This document shows positions 1-12,080 of a stretch of 64,000 nt of DNA, in pieces; within the stretch, counting starts at the first letter, position 1; each line of letters opens with the position of its first letter. A program made the position numbers and the translations under genes. A model generated the notes under the pieces. The model was not told the origin of the DNA, searched no databases, and saw only the letters and a list, made by a program, of their open reading frames with translations. The stretch covers positions 28,172,307-28,236,306 of the forward strand of contig OZ316892.1 in NCBI GenBank assembly GCA_973895155.1. The letters are read 5' to 3'. This DNA is from Marsupella aquatica. Taxonomy: Eukaryota > Plantae > Marchantiophyta.

Positions 1-540
1 GCATAAACCAATTGTGATGCCCCTAAAACCCAAATCCTAGAGAGAAGGGTTCAACTAAAGCTTCACGAATCCTTCTCTTAACAGCTTCATTGCTCTTCGT
101 CTCGAGTACTACTTCATCTGTGTAACAGAAATTCGGCATAAACCAATTGTGATGCCCCCACACCCAAATCCTAGAGAGAAAGGCTCAGCTAAAGCTTCAC
201 GAATCCTTCTCTTCACAACTCCGTTGCTCTTCGTCTCGAGTACTTCATCTGTGTACCAAAACTTCAGTAGCAGCATAAACTAATTGTGATAAACCCTAAA
301 CCCCAAATTCTAGAGAGGAGGGTTCAACTAAGGCTTCACGAATCCTTCTTTGACAGCTTCAATGGCTCTTCGTCTCGAGTACTACTTCATCTGTGTACCA
401 CAAATTCGGCATGAACCAATTGTGATGCCCCTACACCCAAATCCTAGACAGAAAGGCTCAACTAAAGCTTCATGAATCCTTCTCTTCACTGCTTCATTGC
501 TCTTCGACTCGAGTACTTCATCTGTGTACCAAAAATTCGG
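1..540. repeat. Tandem array, ~135-bp unit, 4 copies visible (cut by window start)
   Basis: Unit GCATAAACCAATTGTGATGCCCC...CTTCATCTGTGTACCA..ATTCG restarts at 1, 136, 273 and 409; whole units are similar with no unique spacers. Confidence 0.95.
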
Positions 541-667
541 CAGGGCCAAAAGTAAAGCGTTTGCTTGCTCTGCACACCGAAAGCAAATTCGCAAGACAGA
601 AATGGATCTCTTGCTCTGCATACCGAAAGCAATTCGCAAGATAGAAATGGGAGGAAAAGAGTTTCTT

Positions 668-741
668 CGCTAGATGGAGGGGTCGAACCTCCGACCTTGC
701 GGTTAACAGCCGCACGCTCTAACCAACTGAGCTAATCCAGC
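668..741 (-). tRNA. tRNA-Asn (anticodon GTT), intronless
   Basis: Reverse complement GCTGGATTAGCTCAGTTGGTTAGAGCGTGCGGCTGTTAACCGCAAGGTCGGAGGTTCGACCCCTCCATCTAGCG gives a cloverleaf with A box, B box (GGTTCGA) and CTGTTAA anticodon loop; AT-rich upstream, short T-run downstream. Confidence 0.97.
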
Positions 742-1673
742 ACATGAAAGCTGGGAAATATCTTTTTATTATTAATAAGACCGAATGGGACTCAGCCTTC
801 CCCTAATAATCCCTACTGGCCTGCCATGCTCTATAATCATTTTTTTTGGTATATCAGCCACTATAATAAGGGATCCTGCTAGAATCTCCCATGGTCTGTT
901 TATAAACTTGAAAAAGAGGGAACCAAACACTACCCTTAGATGTATTTCAGGACTTTTGACACTCTTTTCATTGACTGAAAGGGGATACTCTATTCTACAG
1001 TAGGTATATCTGCTGGCATGCAGCAGACTACATAAACAGAGTCTGGCTGTAGCTACTACATTAAAGTTATCCGTAATGTGCGTGATTACGGGTGACTGGC
1101 CGCGACTTTGCGTAAAATCACTGGGAGAGTTATAGTTAATTGTGACTTCAAGTACTTGGGGGTGAAATACAAGGGGAAACCCCATTGGTCCCCCCACAAC
1201 ATCAGGCCCTTCTCACGGTGAGTTAGGGTGAGGGAGCCCTTCCTGAGCATTATTGCCGAGGCCCAACGTGGCATCTCAAGCCCAACATTTCCCATCCCAG
1301 CCCAGTGATTGACTTTCCTCGCATAGCCTCCATCGCTGTGCTGCTGATTGAGCATCTTTATGAAATGTTTGTACTCACTATGACAAACAATTGATGGAGC
1401 CTATATGGGGCTATAAGCTTGGAGGTGATCCCTATGTCGTTTACTGATTTCCTATCCTCAAGAAAAAGTAAGTAGAAACAAATGAATAAATAACACAAGA
1501 GACAAAGAAAGTTAAAAGATGCCTCACCTACTGTAGGCCCCTTTAAAAGATGTAGTCCCCCTTCTCCCAAACAAAAAAATTAGTCCATGGACCTCCTAGC
1601 TATTTTGCTTAGCAAGACTCAAGTAGGAGGAAACAAGGGCCACTATGCCCAGTGAGGAGAAAGAGACACAGCC

Positions 1674-1975
1674 GAGGGTAATTGTAACGTGCGAGCAAAC
1701 AGTAAAATTTTTCCTCGCACGAGCAAAAAAATCCTGCATGACCCCTATTTTTCTACATGCAACTGCCTCGCTATCAACTACCTGGTTGGTAACATCACTT
1801 TTGGGGACTCCCTTTTTGCTAGCGAGCTAGCTAGCTAGCATCTGGAGTCTTTTAAAAAACACAAAAAATGTAAAAGGCACCAAAAAGCAACTGAAATTTG
1901 GAACCATTATTGTCTCGCTATCAAAATCTCTTCGCTATCAAAATCTCCTGTTTGCTCGCAACATAGAATACCTCC
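1674..1975. mobile_element. MITE-like element (~300 bp) with ~28-bp imperfect terminal inverted repeats
   Basis: Left GAGGGTAATTGTAACGTGCGAGCAAACAG vs reverse complement of right end GGAGGTATTCTATGTTGCGAGCAAACAG; CACAGC on both flanks (partial TSD). Confidence 0.65.
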
Positions 1976-4900
1976 ACAGCAGATAGAGAGAGAGATAGGG
2001 AGAGGATCAGGTATGAGCCCATTACTACTTGCCAATGCATTGCTCCCGATACCCGTAGAGAGCAATCCTGGTGCAGATCTCTAGATCACACCTCTTGATC
2101 CTAAATGAGTGTCAACAGTCTTCTTAATTTGCAATAGTTTTGGATCAACCCAAGACTATGGGAAGGCTTCAATCAATGCAAATATAAGCTCTTTTTCAAT
2201 ACTCCTTTCACTACATACAGTAAATCATCACTCTTGATCCTCCATTCTTTCTTCTATTTTGGATTTTCCTGGAAAATGAAGTATCCAATGTGTTTTACTT
2301 TCCATTCAATGTTTTGCCCAGAATTATCCATCCATCCTGTGTTCAGTCAACATCTCCATACATGTTCCAGATTGTCAACAAGTGTTTTACTGTCTCTAGA
2401 CTTTTGACTATTTTTGGAGATGAAAGACATGATTGAGTGAAAAAAATTAAAACAATTGGACAAAATTGTATTGTGTGTCAAGCGTTGAGCAAATTAAGCT
2501 CTAGTAGGGGGATAAAGGAACCAACAAAATCTTTTGCTGAGCCGTTGAGTGAAGTTCCTGGGAAAAGCAAATGGGACTCAACCTTCTGATCTTGCTTTGA
2601 GTAGAGCTCAAAGTGGCATGTCTTCAGAGAATTCCAATATTGGATTTCATATAGATTTCTTACACTGGTGAATCGAGGACTGTTGGGGAAGGTTGCAAGT
2701 TGTCTTAACGCTAACCATGGCTCAAGCTTAGAAGACCTCTGGTCCTTGAAACCTTGACAATTTTGTGGTGACACAAGCTGAGGCATGGGGATAATGCATG
2801 GTCAAGTTTTTGTGATAAAGTCCAGGAATACTTTGTCTGAATACCTTCAAGCATTTGCAGGTTTTGCATTTACATGGCTTCACTGCAGTCTTGTACACAA
2901 ATTGTGGCCAAATACAGACTAGACACTGCTAGTGAGTCCAATTTCCCCATATCTGAGAAATTTCATTGGTTCTCCTAATCCTATTGGTAGTCACAATACA
3001 AATAAACATGAGCGGCGAGTGAGTACAATGAAAGGGCACCTAGAACTTCAAATCTAATTTACTTGGTCTCAAACTTGCTTGGCAAGCTGCTCCAGATGCC
3101 CAGTGTCAAGGTTTCTACATACATCTCGTCAAGTCTATTGCAACTACACACCAGCAATCACTGGAAATCTGCCTTCCTTTAAATCATCGTACAAATTCAA
3201 GTTCAATTAGCCAGTCTTGCTCTGAAACTTCCCAGAGAATTTCCACTTTAAAATAGTTTATGCACAATTGCCAAAGGAATCTGGTCATGATGACATTTAT
3301 CAACCAGAGATAAGTGGTCTTATGGAGAAGTTACCTTGCCAACTTACTACTTGGTGGCTGTCAATCTTCTTCTTGTCTTTGGATACAGTCTTGTCTTCGT
3401 CGTCTTTGGACTTACCCCGGGCCCGACCCTAGGACAACCCAGTACCAATTGAAGAAACACTAGACAATATTTGGGTAGTTATATAACTACCTTCCCTTTT
3501 TACAGGATTTGGGTTTCATTATTGTTAAACACTGGTTTATAAGTAAAATAAAAAAAGTTTCATTTTATTTGTAGAAAATGACAAAGTAACTAAAGTGATT
3601 ACTTGTTAAAAAGAATTTCATCTAGACCTTAGTGTTTTTGTTTTCTTTACGCCTTGTTTTAACGGCTTGGCGACCAAGAATTGGTGCAAATAAAAGTGAC
3701 AGTTATTTTGATTCCCAACAAAGACTAGTTGTGTTTGTTGGGCATCATGATGACATGGCATGTTGTGGTGCCTGGAATTTTGGAAAGGACCCCTCATGTT
3801 GGGTCTGTAAAGAGGAGACAAAGGAATTTTAAGAACCATAAAAAAATAAAATTTAAATTCCCTTTTTTTTGTCTTGAACTGAAATGGGGAAAAAAATACA
3901 ATTAGATTGTCCCCACCCCAATGTGACAATTTTTCTGTAGGGAACCCAGACCTGGGTGAGCCCCAACGGATCTGACAGGACCCGCACCAGGAAGGAAAGA
4001 TGATTAAATCAGGGCCACAAAGTGGGCAACCAAGGGCCCAACAGATAATCAGAACTCTAATCCACTATACACTAAATCCATTCCACCACACACATATAAC
4101 CTCCACACATTGAACTCGAGACCTCTTAAATGCCCCTTTCATCAATAGTTGTATTTTACTTTCTTATCATAATTTGTCTGAGCAATGTATATAATGTATA
4201 TATATATATAGTATATATGATATACATACAAGCCTGTTGACAAGAAGTGAAAGAGTATTGGAAGTACAACGTATATGGTGTACTTCGTGACAACGTACCA
4301 GTGAAAGAATCTTGGATGTGTAAAGTATATGGTATATTTTGCGGCCAAAGAATCTTGTGGCCATAGCATATTGTGGCCGAAATTTTTTGGAGGCATTTTC
4401 GGGCCCACACCACAAAAAATACAAAAAACTTATGACATAAAATGCCTTGGAAACATCTAAGGCATTTGTGCACATCTGTTGTTTTGGAATCAAACTTCAA
4501 TGCACTACTGTTTAACTGAAGGCAATCTTTCACACGGAAAGTAGTGTAGATTAAAGCATTTTTGGGATTCAGTGTAGATTAAAGCAGTTTTGGGATTGCT
4601 TCACTGATAGAAGCACTCCTTGACTTCTTGGTCCTCTTTGGTCTTCTTGGGGTCTTTTGCTTCTCCCATTTATTGGGTTTTTCCGCCTTTGGGACCATGT
4701 CTCCCTGTTGGCGCTCCTGTCTTTTTGGCAGTGTTATATAAACTGGAGGCCTGCCTCAGTAGCTTGAAGCACATGAAGAAAGACAAAAATGTCTCCCTGT
4801 AGATAAACTTTGCAAACTTCTAAAAATATGGTCTCGATCAAAAGCTACCCCTCATTGTAGAGTGAAGCCTTTAGATGGGAACTCTAGGGAAATTATTGAA

Positions 4901-6662
4901 ACTAGCCTCATGACCCGTTCCTTGAACTTAACATATATGAAGAAAGTATTGCACAATAAAATTTATAGGCTATTTTGGTTAGTCTTTGCCCTATCCTTGT
5001 TTTTTGTCCATCTTCATTTCAATTTTTTAATTTTTTTTTAATTTTTTAAATTTGAATTTTATTCCGCGTGAACCCCACGGATGAGGGGACTAAGCAGGCC
5101 AATCTTCATTTCAATTTTATCTTTATTTAGAGTCAATGTCATTTTTCTCCATACTCATTTAAAAATTTGAATTTATTGAAGCTCAAATTAAGCTATTTTA
5201 GTTAGTCTTTGCCCCACCCTTGTTTTTGTCCATCCTAGTTTTATCTTTATTTAGAGTCAATGAACTTTTGTCCATCCTGGTTGAAAATTTTGACCTTATT
5301 GAATCTCATTATCAATTTTGTCTCTATTGAGAGTTTGGGTCTAGTGCTTCACTCTAGAGAAGCACTACAGTAGACCTAGGCCATTAAGAATAGGCTTCAG
5401 TTAGCCCTGTTCTAGTAAGATTTAGGGTACAAGTAGAAAACACAGATGCAAGGGTGAGACTCTGGAAATGACAAAGGGGGTCCTCACTGTCTTCTATTTA
5501 TGTTCAAAGAAGCCCGGGCACTCAGGCTAGTGAAAAGAGATAGGGTGTTTTACCAGTACAACTAGTAGGAGAGACGAATGTTTAGTGAGCTAGAAGGTGT
5601 GAACAAAAGACAAAAGTGTTTAATGGTGAGCTTACCATACATAAGCACAAAAAGTATACAAAAAGAATGTCCAATCCATGCTTTCAGGTTTGCATTCAAA
5701 TTCCATAAAAAATCACATCTCAAAAAAGTGTTTTTCTTTTGGAGAACAGTACCTTGACACAAAACTCTCACAGAACATATATGCATTCTTCTTATGCCAA
5801 GGGGGAAGATAGCGCTGCAATTGAAATGAAGAACAACATGTCTCCCAGTTTGGTTTGGCGTTCCTGTCTTTTTGGCAATGTGATACATAGACCTACTAAT
5901 TCAAATAGGAACTTGTTGCTGACTACATTGAATATGATTTTGCTTGTTGACATCCTTTACACACATTTCCAAACTCCACATGTAATATCCAAATCTAATA
6001 ATGAGTTGTCATAAAATTCTATGATTGGTATCCCATAGCCACTTCTAGCTCATGCGTGTGAGACACGTAATTATCCATGACCCACCAAGGACGTGTCATG
6101 GGAATCGCTAGTATACAAAGAAAGGTTCCAATTCATGAGAGCGCTCAAGCAAACCATTGATAGCTATACAGATCGTTTAGGCTACGATTGCCCCAACATA
6201 TATGCTGCCACTACTTTCCATCGTGACAAAGACATTTGCACCTTGAGAACTATTAATACTTAGGTTCGCAGTCAATCAAACCTGTTTCAGTCGAACGATC
6301 GCACTGTTCAAGCGATGATCCCTGAAATAGATCACACGATAGACAAGCTTTAAGCGCAGATCAATGAGCTTTGGTCCTGACGATGGCCGAAACAGTTCCA
6401 ACTAAAAGGTGAAAGTAAAAGATTAGACAGGTCTGCTGCCAGGCCTCAAATCATCATTCAAGGCAGAGACGCTAAAACCTCACAGTATCGACCTCTTTGA
6501 TGTGAGGTAAATGAAGCTGTAGGATCTAATCCAAAGTCACGAACTTCACCGGATGATCATCGGCTGGGAGGCCCATCCCAATTGTACACATAATCTGGTT
6601 CTGAAAGCTGCTTACAGAATGTTCTGATTACTACCTAATATTTTACACCAAATAGAGAGAAA

Positions 6663-8072
6663 TCAAACTTCCAGAAACGGATGTAATCCAGGCTGGTACG
6701 TGATATTTGTCGAGAACCACTTATTCGTGTTAGTCTCAGTACATGATAATGTGAGGCTAACTGGTGCAAAATCAACCCAGTGCCACTCCTTAGTCCGCAG
6801 ATTGTACACAATGGACGGACAGGTGGGCAAAGGTCCACAAATGTGTATGCAGTCCCCATGAGCAGTCGCATTGCAGAAATCAAAAGCCACATCGGTCATC
6901 TCCTTTGGGAATGTGGATACCTCAACAGCCACGCCACGTTCCAGGTCTAATTCAAACACACTGACTTTCTCCAAAATCATACCATCATGCTCAGGATCGA
7001 CGAAATGGTCTCTATGGGACACCACCAGCATCACATCGGACCCACAGACGCAAACTTCGCAGACGCCAACACACTCGAACGAGTACTGATTAAACGGGTG
7101 CTCCCTCTCTCTGCCGTTGCGTAGATGAGGGATTTCCGTCCATATGTTCTTTTTCACATCGAAAGAAATTAGTTGGCATGTAGTATTCCATGACCTTGAC
7201 ACGAGAATCATATAGAGCACATTATCTATGAAGACAATGGGACCAAAGTTTTGAGCAGAAAAAGTATCTTGGGAGTCCAAAGTCCAAGCGCCACTGGTAG
7301 AGTCAAAAATCTGTAGACAGATATTAGGCCTAAGCGTGACCAGGATCACCTTGTAACCTTCGGTCCCTTCACAAACCACATGTACAAGGGCAGGGTATTG
7401 CATGTTGGGGCGAGTTGGCAATTGTCTCATACTTCTTGTCAATGGATTTGTGACATTGACGTGGTATTCATAAATGCAACTCGTCTTTAGATAAGTTTCA
7501 CTCGTCCAGAACAAAAGACCTCCAGCTCCAGCCCTAAGGCGCCAGTTGTCGACCGCATGCTGCTGTAGATACGAGTGGGCTGGAAGAACATGCCAACGTT
7601 GGGAACTGCTTTCATATCCCACTAGTTCCTTCTTGCGGCTCACGTACAAGGGAGCATAAGCCTTCCATGAGGCCGCGGCTGAGCCTTCTATCTCACTCTG
7701 AAATGAATCGGAGTGGAAACTAAGCTTCCATGATTTGGAGAGTGTTGCAGCTTGGAAGAGTAACTTCATTGGCAGCCTGGCGATAATCTTTTCTAGTATA
7801 TAGTCATGCAGATTACCCCAAGTGCCCTCATCCAACACTATGCCTCGATCACAACGCTCTTCTTCGTCTTCGGATTGCGTCACGCGTGTAGGATTTGCAC
7901 CACAACATTCTGCCAAGGCCATTTGCTCTTCTTCGTACTCGGATTGACTCACCAGCTCGAGTGTGGAGTTTGAAGCAGAGAATTTCCCCAAGGCCGTTTT
8001 CATTGAGTAAACATCATCTTCAGGAGATGCACGTTGATCAAATTGGCAGCCTTCCGACTCGGGCGGAGCCAT
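6663..8072 (-). CDS. F-box protein with C-terminal kelch/FBA-like beta-rich region, single exon, 469 aa
   Basis: F-box motif WGNLHDYILEKIIARLPMKLLFQAATLSKSW; then AGAGGLLF, VTNPLTRSMRQLP, IFDSTSGAW, SFDVKKNIW blade-like motifs typical of plant F-box/kelch proteins. Confidence 0.9.
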   Translation of the reverse strand: MAPPESEGCQFDQRASPEDDVYSMKTALGKFSASNSTLELVSQSEYEEEQMALAECCGANPTRVTQSEDEEERCDRGIVLDEGTWGNLHDYILEKIIARLPMKLLFQAATLSKSWKLSFHSDSFQSEIEGSAAASWKAYAPLYVSRKKELVGYESSSQRWHVLPAHSYLQQHAVDNWRLRAGAGGLLFWTSETYLKTSCIYEYHVNVTNPLTRSMRQLPTRPNMQYPALVHVVCEGTEGYKVILVTLRPNICLQIFDSTSGAWTLDSQDTFSAQNFGPIVFIDNVLYMILVSRSWNTTCQLISFDVKKNIWTEIPHLRNGREREHPFNQYSFECVGVCEVCVCGSDVMLVVSHRDHFVDPEHDGMILEKVSVFELDLERGVAVEVSTFPKEMTDVAFDFCNATAHGDCIHICGPLPTCPSIVYNLRTKEWHWVDFAPVSLTLSCTETNTNKWFSTNITYQPGLHPFLEV

Positions 8073-8361
8073 GCCAGACAGTGAAGGATTGAAACCACAA
8101 CGAAGGATGCAGCCTCCGATAACTCCCGTAGTATTGCAGAAGGCTGCTTCCAGCTTGTTTCAATTCGAGGAGTAACAAGAGCAGAAGGATCCACCACTTC
8201 AGCCTACGTGACACCCTATCGAGTGACCTGCGAGTCTCAGTTAACGAAAGGCAGTGGCTAGTCTAACCATCTCTAACCAACGTTTGCAGTTTGCATGAGC
8301 AAATTAAGCACCTCCATGCCGCAGTTTGTGTTGAGGAAGGACTCGAGGTGGAGTAGAAAAT

Positions 8362-8618
8362 CATCAGCTCAACTCAATTTCGATATTCGATCCAACATCA
8401 GCCGGGACATCAGCTCACCTCAATTTCAGATGTTCGAGCCAACATCGGCCGGGACATGAGTTCACCTCAATTTCAGATATTCGATCCAACATCAGCCGGG
8501 ACATCAGCTCACCTCAATTTCAGATGTTCGAGCCAACACCAGCCGGGACAGCAGCTCATCTCAATTTCAGATGTTCGAGCCACCATCAGCCGGGACATCA
8601 GCTCACCTCAATTTCAGA
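8362..8618. repeat. Minisatellite, ~47-bp unit, ~5.5 copies, upstream of the F-box gene
   Basis: Unit CATCAGCTCACCTCAATTTCAGATGTTCGAGCCAACATCAGCCGGGA restarts near 8362, 8408, 8455, 8502, 8549, 8596. Confidence 0.93.
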
Positions 8619-10959
8619 CAAGAGCCAACACAGAATTGGTACCAGTGATGAGCCAAATCCCTTGAGCCCAAGGAGTATATATGCCGAAATCCTTGGCCGC
8701 TGCCTTCCTGAGCGGACCTCCTTCCCTCATTGAAGAGCCGATCCACGACGCAATCGAATTGAGCATGCCCACACGAAATTGCGTTCGACCATTTTCACTG
8801 ATTGACAAAGCAAAGTGGATGACGACAAGTGCCCATACCGTAACCCATATTGTAAACGAACTGTGGCGCTCTTGTGAGTAAAATTACTTTTCAGCGGAAG
8901 TAGATAATTAAATAAGCATTTGGGCAAATGAAGATCTGCCACATCACCAATGTAGTCATAGCAAGCTAAATAAGCATTTGGGCCAGTCTGGGGAAGGGAA
9001 GTTGTTGACTCAATAAGGGAATATTAAATAAGAATCTGGGGAAGGGAAGTTGTTGACTATATAAGGGAATGAATAAGCATTTGGGCAATCCAGATCATTA
9101 ATTTATATTTTATTTGTAAAGCGTCAAGCACAGTTGGGACCTAGGTTTATAGAGCGAACAATAATTTAATGGCTATCATGTGAACTGAGAAAATTATTAT
9201 GTATGTCAATCATACATGTGTTTTGTTATGATTTTTATTTACATTAAATAGATTATTTTATAGTCCCACCATGACATATTTGCATAGAAGGCAGAGGTAT
9301 AGTCATCATGTATATCTTATAATTGTGAGTACTAAGGGTCGTAGACATATATACAACCGATTTCTGGGATGTAAATAGTCACTAGAGGGAGGTACAGTCA
9401 TCATGTTTTCAGACAGTGATTTTCCTGTTTCTGGTCTGAGTTAGCACATTGATGAGCCTGTTTGTGGTTTTTATGTTATGGTGTGAGCCAGAACATTGAT
9501 GGCCTGTTTATGGTTTATCTAAAGTATGGTTCTGCTGTGGGTCATTATCCATATATAACCTCAGAAGCCATTATGCAGATACGACCTCTGGTATGCGTGG
9601 TGCATGCATGCAATTTGACTTGGTGCAGTTATTTTAAAATTCCCCCCACACGAATCTTATCTGAAACATTCTTCTTTGGTCTGCGGTTGGCCACCACTTG
9701 GTGGCCGTTCCGTGTCCCATGGCCTTATTTCCTGGTTGAATTGGATTGGAATGAAAGCACGAAAAGCTGGAAAATCTGGTCCCAATAAAAAGTGAATAGT
9801 AAACCAATGAACAGGCAATGAGTGGAAACAGTCACTAAGTGACCCTCTTTGGACCTCTTTTTCTTTGGACCACTTTTTCTTTCCTTTCGTTGCACTTTGT
9901 TTTTTTGCTGGTTTATAAACATTGGTGGCATGTTTTTCCCGTGCAAACCCTCACTAAACTTTTAGTTGATTAGATGGAAAGAGCTATTTATATTAAAAAA
10001 AGTTTTATCTTGCGTTGATATCACAAGTTTAGCAATACACAAAGATTTCCAAAATGTTCTCTTGCATTCCTGCTTGCATTAAACCTATAGGTACCTTCAC
10101 ATGCAAGGTTTGTGGAGGGTGAGTGTGTGTGTGGGTGGGGTGTAGTTGTGGAAGTCCTGGTTTCTCCTCAGCCCCTGGCTGGTTCGCTTTGGGACTCTGG
10201 TCGAACTCTCTAGGTCCGCTTTGGGGCTCTGGTCCAACCCTCTCTCCCTCCTAGTACTGGTTATGACCCCCCCTTGTGGACTACCCTACAGAGGTGCATG
10301 CCCTGGAGTTGATTGTCTCTCCTCTGTTGGATGGGTCAACTTCCGGTATTCAACGCAATTATAATTAAACCTATGGGTATACCCCCTTAATCTTGACAGG
10401 TCAATCATGCTTCATTTGGAAAACAAGATGCTCAAAAGGACGTACTCATCAATTAATCCATGGACCCCCATGTTGTACAACATAGATTTTTATTCACGTT
10501 AGAGATTATGAAATCACGGGTAAAATCTATTTTTCAAATTACTTACACAATTCTTATCGAATGGTGACAATGTTGAGCTCAGTAGGACCGACTCTTCAAG
10601 ATCTTTCCAACGCCATATTATACGTGAGTTTTCATTATAATTTGACTCAACAATGTCAAATCAAAAATTGCTGCCCGGAAAATTTTATGTTTTGAATAAA
10701 ATCAAAATGTAAATAAAACCGTTACTAGGAACAGTTTACCTCAATCTTTTTGTCTTTTGATTTGCATGTCAGATTTTTTTACATTCTTTTTTACAGCATG
10801 GCGTCCCAGTTTTTACAACAAAGTTGCCATAAACACGAATATATAAGTTAATTTTATCCAAAAACAAGTCTCTTCCTGTTTGGAGCATGCCATGATGATG
10901 TGGCGTGCTGTGAAACCAGAAATTTTGGAATAAAGCTTAAGTGTTTAATTCACAACAAT

Positions 10960-11285
10960 ACAACAATATACAAACTTTTTACATAAATGACCAAACAGAG
11001 TACAAAAGAACAAACAAAAGAGGGTCCAAGTGGACAAAACCAAACGCAAAATAAGTGAGCTATAGGGAACCCCTAAAAACCAAGAAAGAGGAACTAAAAC
11101 TACGAAGTGAGCAATAGCCAGGGAACCCCTAAAAACCAAGCAAGAGGAACTAAAACTAACCCAAACGGATCAAGATCCTCATCATTCCTAGCAAATGTGG
11201 CAGAAAGCTAATGGTCCACATGAAGTGTTGAAACTAAATCGGCAAGTGGAATTGGAACGTCCTCTACGGGAGTTAGCCTCTGCAG
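10960..11285 (-). mobile_element. 5'-truncated 3' end of the RLE-type non-LTR element (second copy of 11535-11800)
   Basis: AAAGAGGGTCCAAGTGGACAAAACCAAACGCAAAA...CCTCATCATTCC..GCAAATGTGGCA..AAGCTAATGGTCCA recurs in the same orientation at ~11535-11800. Confidence 0.7.
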
Positions 11286-11534
11286 GTTAATTGACTGGGT
11301 TGATTAGTTGATTGGTTTAGGGTTTCCCTATGACTCACTTCTTTTATTGTTTAATTGGTTTTTTGATTGGGTTGCTCCAACTTTAAACAACCTTCTCTAA
11401 ATGGTAATAAAAGGCTTTTCGGATTATCGTATCTAGAAAGAAAACAATATTCTCTAAGATACTTAAAAGTGTGGAAATACGTAAAATGAAAGTAAAGTAG
11501 CCTTTCCTGTTCAAAAGGATTGCCATGTTGAACA

Positions 11535-12080
11535 CAAAAGAGGTCCCAAGTGGACAAAACCAAACGCAAAAGAAGTGAGCAAAAGGAAACCCCTAAAAAC
11601 CAAGAAAGAGGAACTAAAAGAAGTGAGCAAAAGGAAACCTCTAAAAACCAAGAAAGAGGAACTAAAACTACCGCAAATGGACCGAGGTCCTCATCATTCC
11701 CAGCAAATGTGGCAAAAAGCTAATGGTCCATATCAAGGGTCGAAACTAAATTGGCAAGTGGGACTTGAATGTCCTCTAGGGGGGCTAGCCGCTGCGGAGG
11801 CACACTAGCATCCACTGACAGAGATCGACGAAGATGGCCCGAGCTTGAGCACGTTGTAAGGTGACTGAAATGCATCGGAAAATGCATTGGCGAAAGTGCG
11901 TGGTCAAAACAGATAGTGGGGGTCTGGTGGGACCCATCCGGCCATGAACATCCCGAGCAGCTCTTCGAAGAAGCCCGTCGAACTGATGATGGAGACGCCC
12001 AAATATCTCAAGAGCGAGGGGGAAGGAGCTATCAGATCAAGCTCGTGCATAATATCGTGCAGCATGTTGAAAAGAATACT
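11535..12080 (-). mobile_element. Decayed 3' end of an RLE (restriction-like endonuclease) non-LTR retrotransposon, CRE-like, with T-rich 3' UTR
   Basis: Minus-strand translation F-PLALEIFGRLHHQFDGLLRRAARD...LSVLTTHFRQCIFRCISVTLQRAQARAI fits the RLE C-terminal pattern F.P..E.FG...QR.S..LQR..A..I; followed by a duplicated pyrimidine/G-rich tail. Confidence 0.75.

Noticed and set aside
382-639. 85-aa ORF through the 135-bp repeat as a repeat protein
   Set aside because: Unit lengths vary (135, 137, 136) and break the frame, and other units contain stops.
2000-3450. Possible decayed transposase region
   Set aside because: Looks like old TE-derived DNA but I found no diagnostic motif in any frame, so it is left uncalled.
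11575-11808. Lys-rich ORF with a duplicated peptide
   Set aside because: Antisense reading of the retroelement's repeated T-rich 3' UTR; the same applies to ORFs at 16294, 26095 and 57476-58090.
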